A DNA stretch of 64,000 nucleotides. Source: Cercozoa sp. M6MM (lineage: Eukaryota > Protista > Endomyxa: Ascetosporea). Both the position numbers and the translations under genes were made by a program. Where the stretch lies: the NCBI GenBank assembly GCA_040357565.1, contig JBDODJ010000029.1; one strand, given 5' to 3'. Positions within the stretch are counted from its first letter, which is position 1, and every line of letters begins with the position of its first letter. The notes beneath the pieces were generated by a model. It did no database searches. It worked only from the letters and a program-made list of their open reading frames with translations, and was not told the origin of the DNA. This document shows, in pieces, positions 39,659-53,479 of the stretch.

Positions 39659-40170
39659 GTGTGTAGGCTGCCTGCTGATCCAGGCGGCCAAGCAGTTCGA
39701 GATGCTCACGGGCGGCGCTGTTCTTGCCGGCTTCCACGAGGGTACCCTCACTTGTCCATGTAAGTGTGATGCGTTATGCCGGGTGCCTGACCGGTATGAT
39801 GACTGCTTGGCTACAGTTGTGGTGACGGAGGCCACGCAGGCGGCCATGGAGAAGCGCAAGGCCTTGGGCCGACCGCTGTGGCGCGTGTCGTCCACGACCT
39901 TCTCGCACATCAACTCGAACGTACTGTCTCCCTGTATCTGCCCTCGTGGTTGTTAGCGTGCAAAAAATGCGCACACATGCGTAGATGTCGCTCAAGCCAG
40001 TGGGCCCGTTCGCGACCGAGGAGGCGCTTGCCAAATACGACGACGTCAAGGCCGGCGACATGGTGCGCGCCGAGCTCGGTACAGCACCGCTACTTGAACC
40101 AGTGTGATTATGTATGGGCCCTCTTGCTTACGCTTACGCAGAGGCTATCGCGCTCAAAACGTCCAATTAA
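38394..40170 (+). CDS. 2OG-Fe(II) oxygenase, isopenicillin-N-synthase-like family (spliced)
   Basis: IVPIDLAQF...GLHKYGILLLKDP, FASFHYDLNFMTIHGKSRYPGL (HxD), AGFHEVVVT (distal His) and WRVSST (RxS). Confidence 0.9.
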
Positions 40171-40753
40171 GCTGCACACACAAACTCAAAGTGTCTGCCC
40201 ATCCATTGTGTAACGTAAGAGTAAACTGGTACTGCCCCTAGAAACAAGGGCTGCGCAATCACGTCGTAATTACGCACCGTATTTAGCTTTATTTGGCAAT
40301 CTTAGCCGCTTTAGTTGTGCTCAGCATAATTTAACATAGTAGGAAACATCACACCAAGCATTACAGTGGCGCTAAGCCACTGTAGGCCGAAAAAAGGAAA
40401 ATCGGCTGCAAAAGGCAGCGCCGCCGACGCGAGCTTGTACTGTACGAGAACGGAATGGAACGGATCTGTTTTCCGAGTTGTTACTGTTGCAGCATAGCTA
40501 CTCACTGTATCCGCGCGGAAGCAACAATAAAACTGACAAAAACCCTCAACTTCAACTGAAGAGAGTGTGGAAGTTGAGAGCTAGATCTCTCCAGGACCAG
40601 TTATCTTCGTCGGCTCATCCTGTGCCTTTCCAGAGAGCCCCATGGCGTCCTCGAAGCTCGAGTCGAGACCAGCTAACGGTAACTAACGTAACTCACTAAC
40701 TCAACATGATATGTGCCGTACGCGACCGGACGACGCGTGATATGGGCAGAGTC

Positions 40754-42038
40754 TTAGGCCGAGACCATCTCGTTGTCGCTGACAAAGCCCGAGGTACCGC
40801 CGTTGCGCAGCTGCGCCAGAAGCAAGTTTGTCAGTTGTGCGAACTGGGGTAACTTAAAGGGGTGTGGGTACCTTGAGACCCAGGCCGATGATTACGAGCA
40901 CCGAGATACCAAAAAGCACACCGAGCACACTGCACCGGAGGGGGAGGGGTAAAGGGTGGAAGAAGATAGAGACTCGGTAAGTTTACATGGCAGCAGTCTT
41001 GTTGGCGTCGCCGTTGTCGTCACCATCATCGACCTTCTGCGGCTGCGTCGGCGTTGGTTCCAGCGTTGTGTCCACATGGACCTGGGGGGTAGGGTAACGG
41101 GTGGGTGGATAGCATGTGCTAACACAAGCCTACCTGAGCATTGAGGAGACGCGTGACGCCTTCAAAACGCTTGTCGTAAACCTTTCGCATGCGGTATTCG
41201 TCGTCCTCGGTACTGTGGGTGCGTAGATGACATTGAACACCAGGACACAAGGACAGAAGAACACAAGGACAGAAGAACACAAGGACAGGGGTACATGTGC
41301 ACAAAGGTGACGGAGCCCTCGAGGTTGGCAAAGGCGGCGAACACGTTGCCGTTGGTGCCGCCCATGGCGACATGGCGGCGCAGGTGGCCGACCTTGTCAG
41401 TGTCAATCCAGCCGACATTGTCGATGATGGCCTTGGGCGCCACCGTCGGCTGATCCGGGTCCAGCACGTCGGCCGAGTCGTAAACATGGATGCGCGAGCC
41501 GGCCACCTCGGCCACGAAGATGTCAAAGTGATCGGCCACCACCGGGTCGTCGTAGAGCGCGATCACCTCGCTGGCGCCCGAGCTCACGTCGTCCTGCGGC
41601 GCCGCCACGTACACCTCGGCCGCGTTGCCGTTGCGCCGGTTCACCAGCCACTGCAGCGTGCCGTTCACAAAGCCCGCCTGACCAGGGCGACCAGGGTAAG
41701 GTCCAGGTAGGTAGGATAGGTAGGTAGGATAGGTAGGTAGGATAGGTAAGTAGGCTAGGTAGGTAGGCTAGGTAGGAGGTAGGGGAGGTAAGGTTTAGAT
41801 AGGTAGGGTAGGTAAAGTTTAGGTAAGTAGGGTAGGCAAGGTTTAGGTAGGTAGGGTAGGTAAGGTTTAGGTAGGTAAGGTTAGGTAGGTACAGGGGTAG
41901 GGTAGGTACCTCTGGTGGCACAGTGGACACGTTGCACGGTGCCGGCGGTTGAGGCTCCACCATCGAAGAGCCGCACGCCTTGTCAGCACTCGACACCATC
42001 ACCAGGTCGACACTACACGGGTGATATCATGTGTGCGG

Positions 42039-42081
<43 letters not shown>

Positions 42082-43643
42082 ATGACAGCACATACGCATC
42101 TGTGAAGTCGCCAAAGTCCATATGCGCCATGGCACCGCGGAATGGGAACTTCTGCACCAGTGAGCCGTTCTTCACTGCAACAGGGGGGGGGGGGGGTAAC
42201 AGGGTAGTAAGATAGGGCACGGGGCTGAGGAAAGGCTGTACCAGAGGTGTCGATCTCGAGCGTGGCTTCTTCGTGGACGCACTCGACAAACAAGTGACGA
42301 CTCACCAGCGAGAGCACACTATGGAGGGGGAGCGGTAGGAGGGCAGGGGATAGGGGGTAAAGACGGAGCTACACAAAGTGCGAGGCGCCGCAGGACCCAC
42401 CGTCCATGTCCAGTGCGGTGATGTTGTACATGTCGACCAGTTCGCCGGTCTCCATGTCGATCTCGGCAATGTTACCGTCCATGGCATGCCTACCAACACA
42501 CAATTATACCTCCTTTATACCTCCCTTATACCTCCTCCACTTTTAGTAAGAGAACATACGTGTTCGAGGAGAAAGCACGGTCGCCCAGACGCGGGTTAAA
42601 GGCGAGCTGTAACATTCCATACGAGGGTTCATCGGTATGTACGAAGGTAGGAAGGTAGGAGGGTAGGTAGGTAAAGGAGGTAGGTAGACAGGTAGGGGGT
42701 AGGAAAGAGAGGTACCTGCGACATACCCATGCTGCCGTGGTGCATCGCAGGCACCTCGCGCAGCACGAGTTCGCCCTGCTCGACGTGGAACACATCCCAC
42801 ACGCCCTTCGACATCACGTTCACCCAGACTGTACCACATGAGCTTAAAAACCCGGGGGGGGGGGGGGGGGGCGCAAAAAACAACAATGTACTTTCGCCGC
42901 GGTGTGCCACGTGGTACAGGTGGCCCGCCATGCCACCACTACATCACACCACACAGGTAGGGGTAAAGGGGCGGGGCGGGGGGGGGGGGAGGGGTAAACT
43001 ACCTCAGGCTGATGTTGAACTTGACCTCGTGGTTCACGACATCAAAGCCGTAAAGAGCGCCCTAAAACAAGGCGAGATACAACACATGCTACGCCTAGAT
43101 ACAAAAGAGACTACCCTGCCACGATGGGCGGCAAACACCATGTTACTTTCGGGCACATTGACCACGTCGCCCTGTTCTCAAAGGTTGGGGTTAAGGACAG
43201 GGATACAGGAGAGGGTAAATGTGCAAGGAGGTAAAGCAGCGAAGTAGAGAGGGAGGGGTAAAGGAAGAGGGTAAGGAGGGGCTAAATGAGCCAGACTACC
43301 CATCCGTCAACGCCAGGGCACGGGATCACCTTGTACACACTATCGGTGGTCGAATCGACCACGAGCACCTGAGGACAAGAGGTGCAGGACTCCAACAGGA
43401 GAAAAACTATCCAGCAAGACGCACCTGCTCTTTGCCGAACAGGTAGAAGAAGTCCGTGTGCTTCACGATAGCCGAGGGAATCTTCGTGTCCGTATTGGCC
43501 ACAGTCAAAGTCGGCAGCAGCGCGCACACCGCCACCAACACCTGCACAAAGGGAACATGGAAATAAAGGAGGCAAGGGAGAGGTAAAATGACTCAATCTA
43601 CGGTTAGAAGCAGGCTCCAGCCAGGCGATGATTTGCGAGTCAT
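40754..43643 (-). CDS. Type I membrane protein with YVTN-like beta-propeller ectodomain (many introns)
   Basis: Signal peptide MTRKSSPGWSLLLTVLVAVCALLPTLTVA; beta-rich blades (FFYLFGKEQVLVVDS, WGDVVNVPESNMVFAA, HLFVEC); P/T-rich stalk; TM VLGVLFGISVLVIIGLGLK; short tail. An in-frame upstream ATG lies at 43739. Confidence 0.7.
41696..41907 (+). repeat. Degenerate (TAGG)n G-rich intronic satellite, (CCTA)n on the sense strand
   Basis: Directly visible; a related tract lies at ~42645-42705. Confidence 0.9.
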
Positions 43644-44126
43644 TGCCACTGCCGGCGTTTTCTCTGCGCATATCGTCGACTCGTGATACAGCGACTCGGC
43701 CACATCGTCCAGCGCACTCACAAGCTGTGCAGTATCCATACTCGATGCGCTTCACACGTTGGGCGTACTCAGCTACAGCACAAACAACACCAAGTCAAAC
43801 TGTCTGGTGCGCTTTCGCAAACCAAGTCGGCACTTTTTTCTAAGCAAGCTTTGCAAAAGCAATAGCAATAACAGACAAAACTGTACCCACGGAAATATGT
43901 CACGCTGCGTTACAGATACAGATACCAAATAGGTACCGTGCAGTATGCAGCTACAGTATCGGCTACCTCTGTATTTTGTTTAAAAATTAACAAAAATCAG
44001 CTCTGGGCTGCGGCTGTTCCGTGTTGTGAAAAAACTCACAGACTGTTGGCGGTTTAAACACTAGTAGGCATTAAGGAAGCGATCTGACTCATCAACGCTG
44101 GTGGCAGTCTTTGACCGATCGGAAAG

Positions 44127-45474
44127 ATGATGCAAAGGCATTTTCCACGAACTCACGTCGAAACCGATCGTGCGGAGACTCTTCTTCCTCGTCGGTGCGG
44201 CATTCGCATCGACAACTTCCTGTCGGAGCGCGAGTGCCAGGTACAGTCAAGTCAACTCTTGGTGGACGCTTGCTTTACACGTGGGTTTTTGTGGCAGCAA
44301 CTGATCGAGGCAGCCGAGAACAATGGCGGCACTCGTATTTTCCTCATACCAATCAATTCCGGGATTAGGGAGTTGAATTCCTCATACCTTCCCCTTTCTG
44401 TGACCAAAGGTTTGCTGCCGCTGTCGCAAGAGTACCCTCAGCAGTACCGCAGCGGCAAGCGCTTCCTTACGCTGGCGCCAGAGTTCGTTGGTACACATGC
44501 TGCCCCAATGTGTAACCTTATCGATACAAGAATACTGAGGCAGATGTCATGTGGCAACGCCTGTCTCCGCTGTTCGATCGAACGGAGAAAAGAGGCATGG
44601 TTCCGTTCGGTCATGAGTACATTGTCTCATTACACTGTCTCATTTGAGGCTGGCGTATGTTTATCTTCACCCTCCTCAGCAAATCGACCAAGTGGAAACC
44701 GTGCGGCATCAATCCGATGCTGCGTATCACCAAATACGGTCCACTGCCTCTTACAACAGCTTTTGTTTCCATTGTTCTACCTGAACATGTGCGAGTAGAC
44801 CCGGGTGACAAGTTCTCCCCGCACCGTGACAGCGGCTTTGTTGCTGTATACTATCCCAGTTATCATGCTCCTTCCTGTGTTCAGATGTTTCTACTCACCT
44901 GCAATGCAGGCACCAGGCATTGAGTCTGCGATGACTCTGTTGGTTTATTTGAACCATGACTGCAAGGGTGGACACACTCTGTTCTACAACGACAGGAGCA
45001 TCTCACGCGTTGTGCCTGGGTAGCAGTCTTCAAACTCTACCTCGCTCTCTCTTGAGTTCCCTTGTCCGGGCACTTTGTTCTTTGTGCTGAACAGCAAAAA
45101 CATCAAGCTGCGCGAAGTACCGAAAACAGGCGCCGCCTTGCTGTTTCCGCATGATGTGATTCACGCCGGCGATACTGTCGAAAGTGGCAACAAATACATC
45201 CTGCGGTAAACTTTGCTCCTTGTGCGTTATGTCGCTTTTCTCTATACCTCTTCCCCTTCCAGTTGCGATGTGCTTTTCGAGCACCAAGACGGCCGGAAGT
45301 TCTCATTGCGAACGGTCCTGACGGGCGCGGTATCCCTCCTCATATTGATGCCAACACCGTGTCAGTTTCATGTTCTCTGTGGACACAGTCGGTCAAACCC
45401 AAGACCGGTGACAACGAGGCATTGGTCAAGGCTATTCGGCTATCCACGCGACTCGGACGAGAGCAGCTTGCGGT

Positions 45475-45526
<52 letters not shown>

Positions 45527-48500
45527 CATCTGGTGGGTGTCCCTATGGTATTTATGAACCTATTCATGTGTAGGTCAAGGCGAACGACGACTTGGACGAG
45601 GTGACGTCGAGTGTCATGCACCAGTTGTATTTTGCTGACCTCCCTTTCTTACTTTAGCCCTCCAGGCCCCTTTTGATTACTGTCTCTCTTTTTCCTCAGG
45701 TATGCACAGTCGAGACGCCTGGTGGAGGAAGGCGACCCCGAGGGTATAATCTGTGTGACTTGGTTGTTCCTCTGGTTTGTTATTCTGTGCCCTGTGCGGT
45801 GATGCGGTAGGCTCGACCGAGGCCTTTGTGGCGGCGGTGGAGCTGCGCGCCAGTCTGCCCTCCAACAAAGACGTGACTGACCCTGTGACTGACCCTGTAG
45901 ATGACCACGTGGCTGACCCTGTGACTGGCCATATGACTGCTAACGGCAACACCTACCAGTCAGTCGGTCAGGTGAGCGGCGACCTGCTACGACACGTCGC
46001 TGCCTTCCTGGGTGACACCGACGTTGCTGCCATGGCCTGCACCTGCACGCAGTGGCATGGTGCTTTCACTCCGCCATCTGGCTCCTGCTGGTGTATGTAT
46101 GTGTATGTGTCACCCTTGTTGTCCAGAGGCACTCACGAGCGATGCGAGCGCCTTCTGGCGACGCAAGTTCGCGTCAAAGTACCCGACGTTGTTCCCACTG
46201 CGTGCCGTATGTTTGACACACGCATACGCGCACAGTTGGAGTATCTAGGGCTCGGTACTTATGGGTACATGCGCTTTCACAGGCACTGTTTGAGCACAAG
46301 AGAGACACCTCGCCGTGGCATGGCAACACACCTGACACGGACGACTGGTGCGGTGCCTATGGTCGGTATCCCACATTTTCTGCTTCTTCCCTTCTGTCTT
46401 CCGTCGTTGTTACCCTTACTCCAGTCAAACTGCCGGTGCACGGTGCAAGATCGAACTCGCGTTTCGCCGAGCCAAGGGTGTGTCTAGCTTGTGTATTTTG
46501 TCTTCGTCTACACCCCCCCCCCCCCTCTGTAGCCAGTCTCAAAAGCAGCGTTTTCGGTCGGTGTTGCTTTTTGGACCTTGGTGCTCGCAGGTGACACTCC
46601 TTTTCTCTGTTGTTCTTGCTGCTTTTGTACCTTTTCTACTTGTAGCTCGGTGATGGGCTCGCTTGACTTTCCGATCGAGCACGAGCAGATCCGGGAACTC
46701 CTGGAAACGGCTAAGCCCTCTGCTGATCCCAGTGACGGTTTGTACAACCACTGGAGCGACGTTATTCCTCCGTACCAAGAGGTGCAGCAGATGTCGAGCA
46801 CGAGCGCGGGTGCGTTATGCCTTCTACTTCTGTATGTAATATATGTGCGTATGAGTTATTTGTAACTGTGCTTGTAAGTTATATTTGTCTCTGAGTTATG
46901 TCTGGATATGGATATTTATCTCTCTCCCTTTATAGATAGGTATATGAGTTATCTCTTTATCTATGGGAGTTATATCATATGAGTTATCTATCTGTAATTT
47001 ACACCGATACCCGAGTTATATATATTTGTATTGTGTATATGTATAACAGAGAGAGCGGCGGAGCGACGCGAGCTGCTGCACCGTCGCGTCCTGGAGACCC
47101 CGCTGCCACTGCAGCTGCTGCATCCGCTCGTGTCGCGCAGTGACTGTGCGCTGGGCCTTTTATTATCTCCGGCTTTTGTGTGCATAATATGTCGTGTATA
47201 CAGTGGAAAAGGCACTAAAAAAGAAGAATTGCGACTCGGTTTTGGTATGTCTATCTTACCTCTTGGTTTGTTTTGTCCATACGTGAGTGCAGGATCTAAT
47301 TTTGGAGAACGTATCGTCGGAGGATGTCGCTGATGCGTACTCCAGTCACTTCTTTCAAAGTGAGAATCGGTGTGATTGCTGCATGTGTGCGTGCCTAGAA
47401 CGAGGAACTACCATTACTACGTTCCGTACAACCTTTGGTAGCGTCCATTTGGAAACAGGGTTTGTTGATTGGAACCTGCTGCTGCAGGAACTCGTTCGAC
47501 CAACTGACGTCCCTGAAACTCATGCCGTCGGTTGTCTCGCTGGAACGAGGCTATGTGAGTCTTGCTGTTGTCTACTCTTGTGTTGTATTGTTGTGTTGTG
47601 CTGTATTGTGTTGAGTTGTGTTGTATTGTGTTGAGTTGTGTTGTATTGTTGTGTTATCTTTTTGTGTGTGTTCAGTCGTTCGGCTCGCCGTTCCACTTCG
47701 CGTCCTACGGAGCGTGAGTTTCTCCCCCAGGTCTAAGGTCGTGTTTGCATCTCTGTTGGCACAGAGACATCAGCAACGTTGGAACTCTGCGTCCGTTGGT
47801 GCACTTCAACCCTCCTCCCGAAGGTGTCTAAACCACTATGCCCCCTTTAATTCTGCCTTGCGTAGTTAGGGTATACTTTGTGTATGCGTGTCCTTGCAGT
47901 GGAACTACCGCAAGACTCAACTCCCGGACTGGGCCGAATGCACGCGGAGTCCACTGCTCTGCACAGTCTACTGGGGCAGCGTCTGGAGGTAAACCTTCCT
48001 ATAGCCACCTGTCTTAGTCCGTCCTTGCATATGTTTGGTGTCCTTGCAGCGCATCACAATGGTTGACGTCGCGCAGCTGCAGGCAAAGTTCGCCTACACC
48101 ATGCGTCGACGCTTCGGCTCTCGCACCCCGTGTGTTTTCATGTTACCGTCTTTCCCGTGTGCCTTCACTAACTTCCCTTTAGTCTAACTGATCTGCTGGG
48201 TGTCGGCGGCGGTGTCATGCACGACTGTATACACCCTCTGGCTTTGTGGCGTGTCTTGTCCTTGTGTACAGCGTGTGTGCGTGTGTCATCCTAGTCGACG
48301 TGCAAGTTGCTGCCCGCGCAGTGCAGAACAAGTACAGCTCTTGAGTGTCTTGGACTCCTTGATGGAGTGGCGAGTGTGCTCACTTGTGCAGCGTAATGAC
48401 GCGCAACTCAGTCCCACTGCTGCTGGTCAAGCCGTGGTCCATGGGCTGGTACAGCTTGTGTCCTGTCTCGCTCAATCTGCCTTGTGTAATTTCTGCTACT

Positions 48501-50145
48501 GTTTTGGCATAGTGTGCAACTGGCGCAACTCCTGACGCACCTGATGACGACTCGCAGCTACGCGCCGGGCATTTTCCCGTTCGTTGCGGCTGTTGAGGCG
48601 TGCGTTGCCTTTGCTTCCTCTTTGTAACCCTCCAGCCAACTTCCTATGTCTTTTGTATGTAGACCGGTACTGACTGCTCTGGCATCCGGCCGGGACTCGG
48701 CCCTGGTGGCGCACGTGTCGCCCTCGTGCGCTGTCGTTGCACTCGTTAAGGGCGCGCGACTCATTGCCATGTATCCTCCGAATATAAGTTATGTATACAT
48801 ATAGTATATATATATATATATATATAATTACGTCTCAGGACGGAGTGGCTGCCGTGGCGTGAGGAGCGTCGCAAGATGCTGGTGCCGCAGACTGCTCCCG
48901 GACACGACTACGATAGTACATTCCTGGACCTACATATCACCTCGGATCTGTCTGTGCGACTCGGTGGTGTTGTGTAGCTCTGATGGGCGCTGTCGACAAC
49001 GACCTAGAGGAAGAAGATGGACACACGTAACCTCGTCTACCTACGGTGTCTGTCTCCGTCCCTGTATACTCCGTGTCCTCTCCTCATAGGTATTCGTCCC
49101 CGACGCGACGTGTGCTGGAACGTCGCACGCGCGGCCGTCCGAAGATGCTCGTGCCCGACTCGGTCGACCTGACGTACACACACACACACACGCGCGCGCG
49201 CGCGTGCTTACTCGGTCAGTCTGATGTGTTCTTATTGAGCAGAGGTTTTGTCGACTTTGTGCGGCAGAATCTGGGCATGTGGAACGAGATCTCTTGTGGT
49301 GCTTAGCTGTATCAATGCCAGGAATGCCCTTTGCTTTTACACCCTTCCTTCATCCCCAGACCAACCGACGGTGGTGGTGTCGGGTGGCGTCACACTCCAG
49401 GACGGCTTCGACGACATGCTCAAAGCTGCGTTGCCTGTACCCGTGCCTACTTAAACAGAAGACGCCAAAGCACGTGTCTACGGACGATTTGTGTCTATAG
49501 GAGGCAGAGGTGATCGCACCTGCCCGTGTGCGTCGCCTGCGAGCCACTGTGGTGGGCGCCAGACTCTTCGTGTCGCGTCCGGACGCGCCCAGCTTTTTCA
49601 TCGTGCTCTCTCCGTTCCTCATTTTGACTCTGCTTGTTGCTGACACTGGCGTGTGACACAGGGCCTCGAGCAGCTCGTGCAGCAGGTGCAGTTCGCGCTG
49701 CAGGAGACCCCGCTGCGCGCAGTACTGCAGCACCAGCTGCATACTCAAAGCAAGCGCTGGGACTTGGCCCACCTGAACGTACAGTTACACCTTAGTTCTG
49801 TCACTTTTGAGTTCGACCATTCTAGACGTTTCTGCAGGGATACCAACAAACTGTGGAGATTGAAGATGATGTTGGGTATGCTTTCCTTCTTTGCGTTCTT
49901 AGTTTTGTCAATGTTGGCGCTTGTTGCAGACTTGATAATCCTTTCGCCGACATCGACAAAAATATTGTGCCTTGTTTCCTTCCTTTCCTGGCCTGTGCCT
50001 AACTATGACTCTCTGTGTGTTTTGGTCTGTGCAGTCACTTTGGCGTCGATTCCTGGCATTTGGTTCGTCGGTGCTCTCGGATGCGGATGCGGATGTGCCA
50101 GCTCGGGATGATTCCCATGACGACGAGAAAGACGGAAACCAGTAA
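44127..50145 (+). CDS. Fusion protein: prolyl-hydroxylase-like 2OG-Fe(II) dioxygenase + F-box + actin-like domain
   Basis: Dioxygenase: IDNFLSERECQQLI, FSPHRDSG, TLLVYLN..CKGGHTLF, LLFPHDVIHAG, KYILRCDV. F-box: SGDLLRHVAAFLGDTDVAAMACTCTQWHEA...FWRRKF. Actin motifs: FLDLGARSSVMG, VLTALASGRDSALV, VVVSGGVTLQDGFDDML, ATVVGARLF. Most, but not all, junctions were traced. Confidence 0.75.
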
Positions 50146-50592
50146 AAGGAACCGAACTACGCTAGCGGAACGGGGTACGGTACCAGGGTACCGTACCAGT
50201 ATTATTATATCATCGCATGTAGTACAGTACATATAGTTAGTTAGGGAGTTTTCTGTTTCACTGCCGTGCTGTTCGTCAATTCGACGGGTTGTGGGGAGGC
50301 GGCGAGTCCCACTGTTCCGTTCCGAAGGTTTTTGTCGACATCCTCCTGTGCTTCGGCACGATCTGGACACGGAGCCATTCGTCTTCCCTGCCCTTTTAGG
50401 GGATTCCTCACATCATAGCCAGGTGTTGGTTGTCTCGTGTGGACGAGCGCGGTTGAAGTACTTGTAGGAGACTGTGCGACCACTCAGGAAACAAACAACT
50501 GAATATATACATCGTAAATGTACACGCGCATCCGACATCGTAAAACCAAAGTCAAGTAAGTGTCAATTGAAGTGGCCAGCTAGGTCTGAACG

Positions 50593-51116
50593 CTAGTTTT
50601 CGTCCCGCATGCCCTCTTGGTCGCGGAGCTTGCGAATCGAGATGTCATAGAGCACACTTTCGATCTGTTTGATGGCGTACTTCATCGAGTCGAACTTGCG
50701 ACTGCGTGATTCACACAGAAGACAACGTGCCTATGTGTTCCCAACCGAGACAGAAACTGACAGTGAGTCAGCGGTACCGCAGATTGTCGTTCTTGTAGTT
50801 AAGCAACTGAAATCCAGCGTACAGGTCGTTCACTGCACACACAGCGCAACCAGTTAGTCACTCAGCTAGTCAGCGATCAGGAAGCAAAGTAGGCACACAA
50901 GGCAGGACAAAAATCACACTCACCAAAGTCACTGATGACACCGGGAGTGTCAAAATCGCCATGTGTGACGCAGTTGACACAGTAACGCGCTAACTCGGCC
51001 GGCAGCGAAGCCACTCCGGCCAGATAGTCCTCCTCCTTGATGGCCGGTCCGGTCTCTGCCGGATAGATAGATTGGTAGATAGAGATAGAGAGATAGAGAT
51101 CGAGAGATAGAGATAG

Positions 51117-51171
<55 letters not shown>

Positions 51172-51181
51172 NNNNNNNNNN

Positions 51182-51232
<51 letters not shown>

Positions 51233-52097
51233 AGACAAACAGACAGAAGATAGATAGATAGAGAGATAGATATATATATATATATATATATAGATAGATA
51301 GATACAGATAGATATAGACAGATAGATATAGATAGATATAGACAGATAGATATAGATAGATATAGATAAATATAGATAGATATAGATGGATATAGATATA
51401 GACAGGTATACAGAAACAGATATACATATACATATACATATACATACAGATCGATACAGAGAGCGAGAGGCAGATAGGAAAAGAGAGCACCAGGGATGTG
51501 CAGCATAGCCGACAGTTCCGACAGTGTGCACAGCGAGCGTGTACGGGCAAAGTGCGCCAGTGCCGCCGCCGAGATCAGTTGCGACAACGCTACAGGATAT
51601 GCATACTAGATATACCGGTATAATAGGTCTGAAAGTAAAGCACGAGATACGGGATCGCCACATGCCTTCCCATTCGGCTTGGTTCTCACCCACGGTCAGA
51701 ATGATCTGTAGCCAGCTGCGAGTCCAAACTCAAGTCAGACCATGGACCAGACTGATAAAGAAGACAAAGGGTGTACAGTTCGCCCAAAGGAGGAAAGACA
51801 GTCTCACACACGCTCTTTCCTGTGCTCGTGCACATGCCTTTAATCAGCACAAACCGGGTGAATAGAGAGAGAACACACCGAGTTCCTTGAGTTGTTCGAT
51901 GTTGCTGCGGTGCATGGCCTGCATTCGCACCGACGCCGTGCGGGCAATGTCGCTGACTAAACGCACACTACAGACCAATGACATACATGTGCCTACATAG
52001 AACTACCTGCACGCACATGTACTTGCAGTTTTTCCTTCGTTTCCGCACGCTCTTGAAGCGATGCACCCATGCTTTCGAAAATCTCACTAACGCTCAT
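50593..52097 (-). CDS. TSN: Translin (spliced)
   Basis: [27 protein letters not shown]...[37 protein letters not shown]. Confidence 0.92.
51063..51450 (+). repeat. Compound (GA)n/(GATA)n/(TA)n microsatellite in a translin intron
   Basis: Directly visible; 10-N gap at 51172-51181. Confidence 0.95.
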
Positions 52098-52359
52098 TGC
52101 CAAGGGTTTGCACGAGCACTTGTATTTGCGTCGCAACAAAGTGTCTGGTGTCGCGTGGTACTGTACCGTGCAGTTTTGTGTGGCTACGATCAAGTTCGCT
52201 TGCCGCCGGCATGATCGAAGCCGTATTTGTACGCCTAACGACGAGACGAATGACGAGACGAACGACAGTTAAACAGAAAACGAACTAACTAAACTGAAGC
52301 GAAAAAGAAAAAATCAGTCGAGAAACTGAAGCCAAAGAAAGGTATCATCGCATTCGAGT

Positions 52360-52921
52360 TTATTCGGGACGCATGTGCTTTTTGAAGATCTTCTTGGCCA
52401 ACTGCATCTTCTTGAGCGGCGACGGCATCGTCTGGACAAAAACAAGAAAAGAAACATGACGCCAACATCGCAGGAATATTAATTTGCATGGAGGGTACGA
52501 AGTGGGGATCCAACGTCTTACGGAGCGCCCAGACCTCCTTGTCGCTGCCCAAAAATACATTAATGGATGTGCGCTTGTGTCGGCTAGAAAAAGAGGAACA
52601 GCGTACACCACAGGCTGCTTCGGAACAGTCTGGCCTGCATCTTGGAGCTCTGCGCGAATGCGAATTAACCTTTGTAAGAAAACACAGCCACGAAACACGT
52701 CTGGCAAAAAGCTTACTGTGGAAAAGTTTGCGTCGAGATTCGCCGACTCTCTGGTACTACGCACACAAGAAAACTCGGATCGCCAGAAGCCAGAAGAAAC
52801 GCTTGCAACAGAAAGAACGTACTGGCATGATTCGCTTGCCCTTGCCAACAGCCGCCATCGCCAGCACCGCCGTACCGGTGTACAGGATCGCGAAGAGCCA
52901 AGACAAGTCGTCGTTGAACAT
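52360..52921 (-). CDS. Small basic single-TM hypothetical protein (~97 aa, spliced)
   Basis: MFNDDLSWLFAILYTGTAVLAMAAVGKGKRIMP|RVGESRRKLFHKLQ...KKMQLAKKIFKKHMRPE* obtained with GT-AG junctions. Confidence 0.5.
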
Positions 52922-53150
52922 GCTGGCTCACCTGCACAAACAAAAAAATAATTTTCTGCTAGTCTGCACACGCAAACAGTTGAGGCACTACGAAAAAAGC
53001 ACACACTTCGTGGGTATACCGTACGGTTTAAGACACGCTTGTTTTGGTGCAAGATAGATTTAGTCAAAATCTGATCGTCTCTGTCCTCATAATGCTCAAA
53101 GTTAGATACGTACACAGCTTTTCCGGCACGGAATTGATGTGTTAACACCA

Positions 53151-53421
53151 ATGAATGATGCGCATCTTTGGCTAAAGGGCTGCTTGGTCTGGTGTGTTGT
53201 CACAGTGGCGCTGACCTGTGTAGCCATCTGGATTGCACGGAGCGGCTTCGTCGAGCGGCGTGACTGGAGTGGTTTTTCTGGCGACTTGGCGTATCTGTAC
53301 TGTTTTTAAATTTCTGACTGTCCGCGCAGAGGATTCGAGACTACGATGCCTATAGGACCAAGCAGGTGCTGCGACTCGACCTATTTCGTCGCTACTGTAA
53401 GTTGGTTCCATCCGAGGTTGT

Positions 53422-53479
<58 letters not shown>

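Larger units (their letters stand above)
9412..51181. other. Seven separate assembly gaps: 9412-9511, 11665-11764, 15791-15800, 28539-28638, 33980-34079, 35043-35142, 51172-51181
   Basis: N runs of exactly 100 or 10, all at poly-C/G or microsatellite tracts. Confidence 0.99.

Noticed and set aside
40311-40505. Possible tiny - strand gene between the oxygenase and propeller genes
   Set aside because: No convincing start codon or homology could be established.
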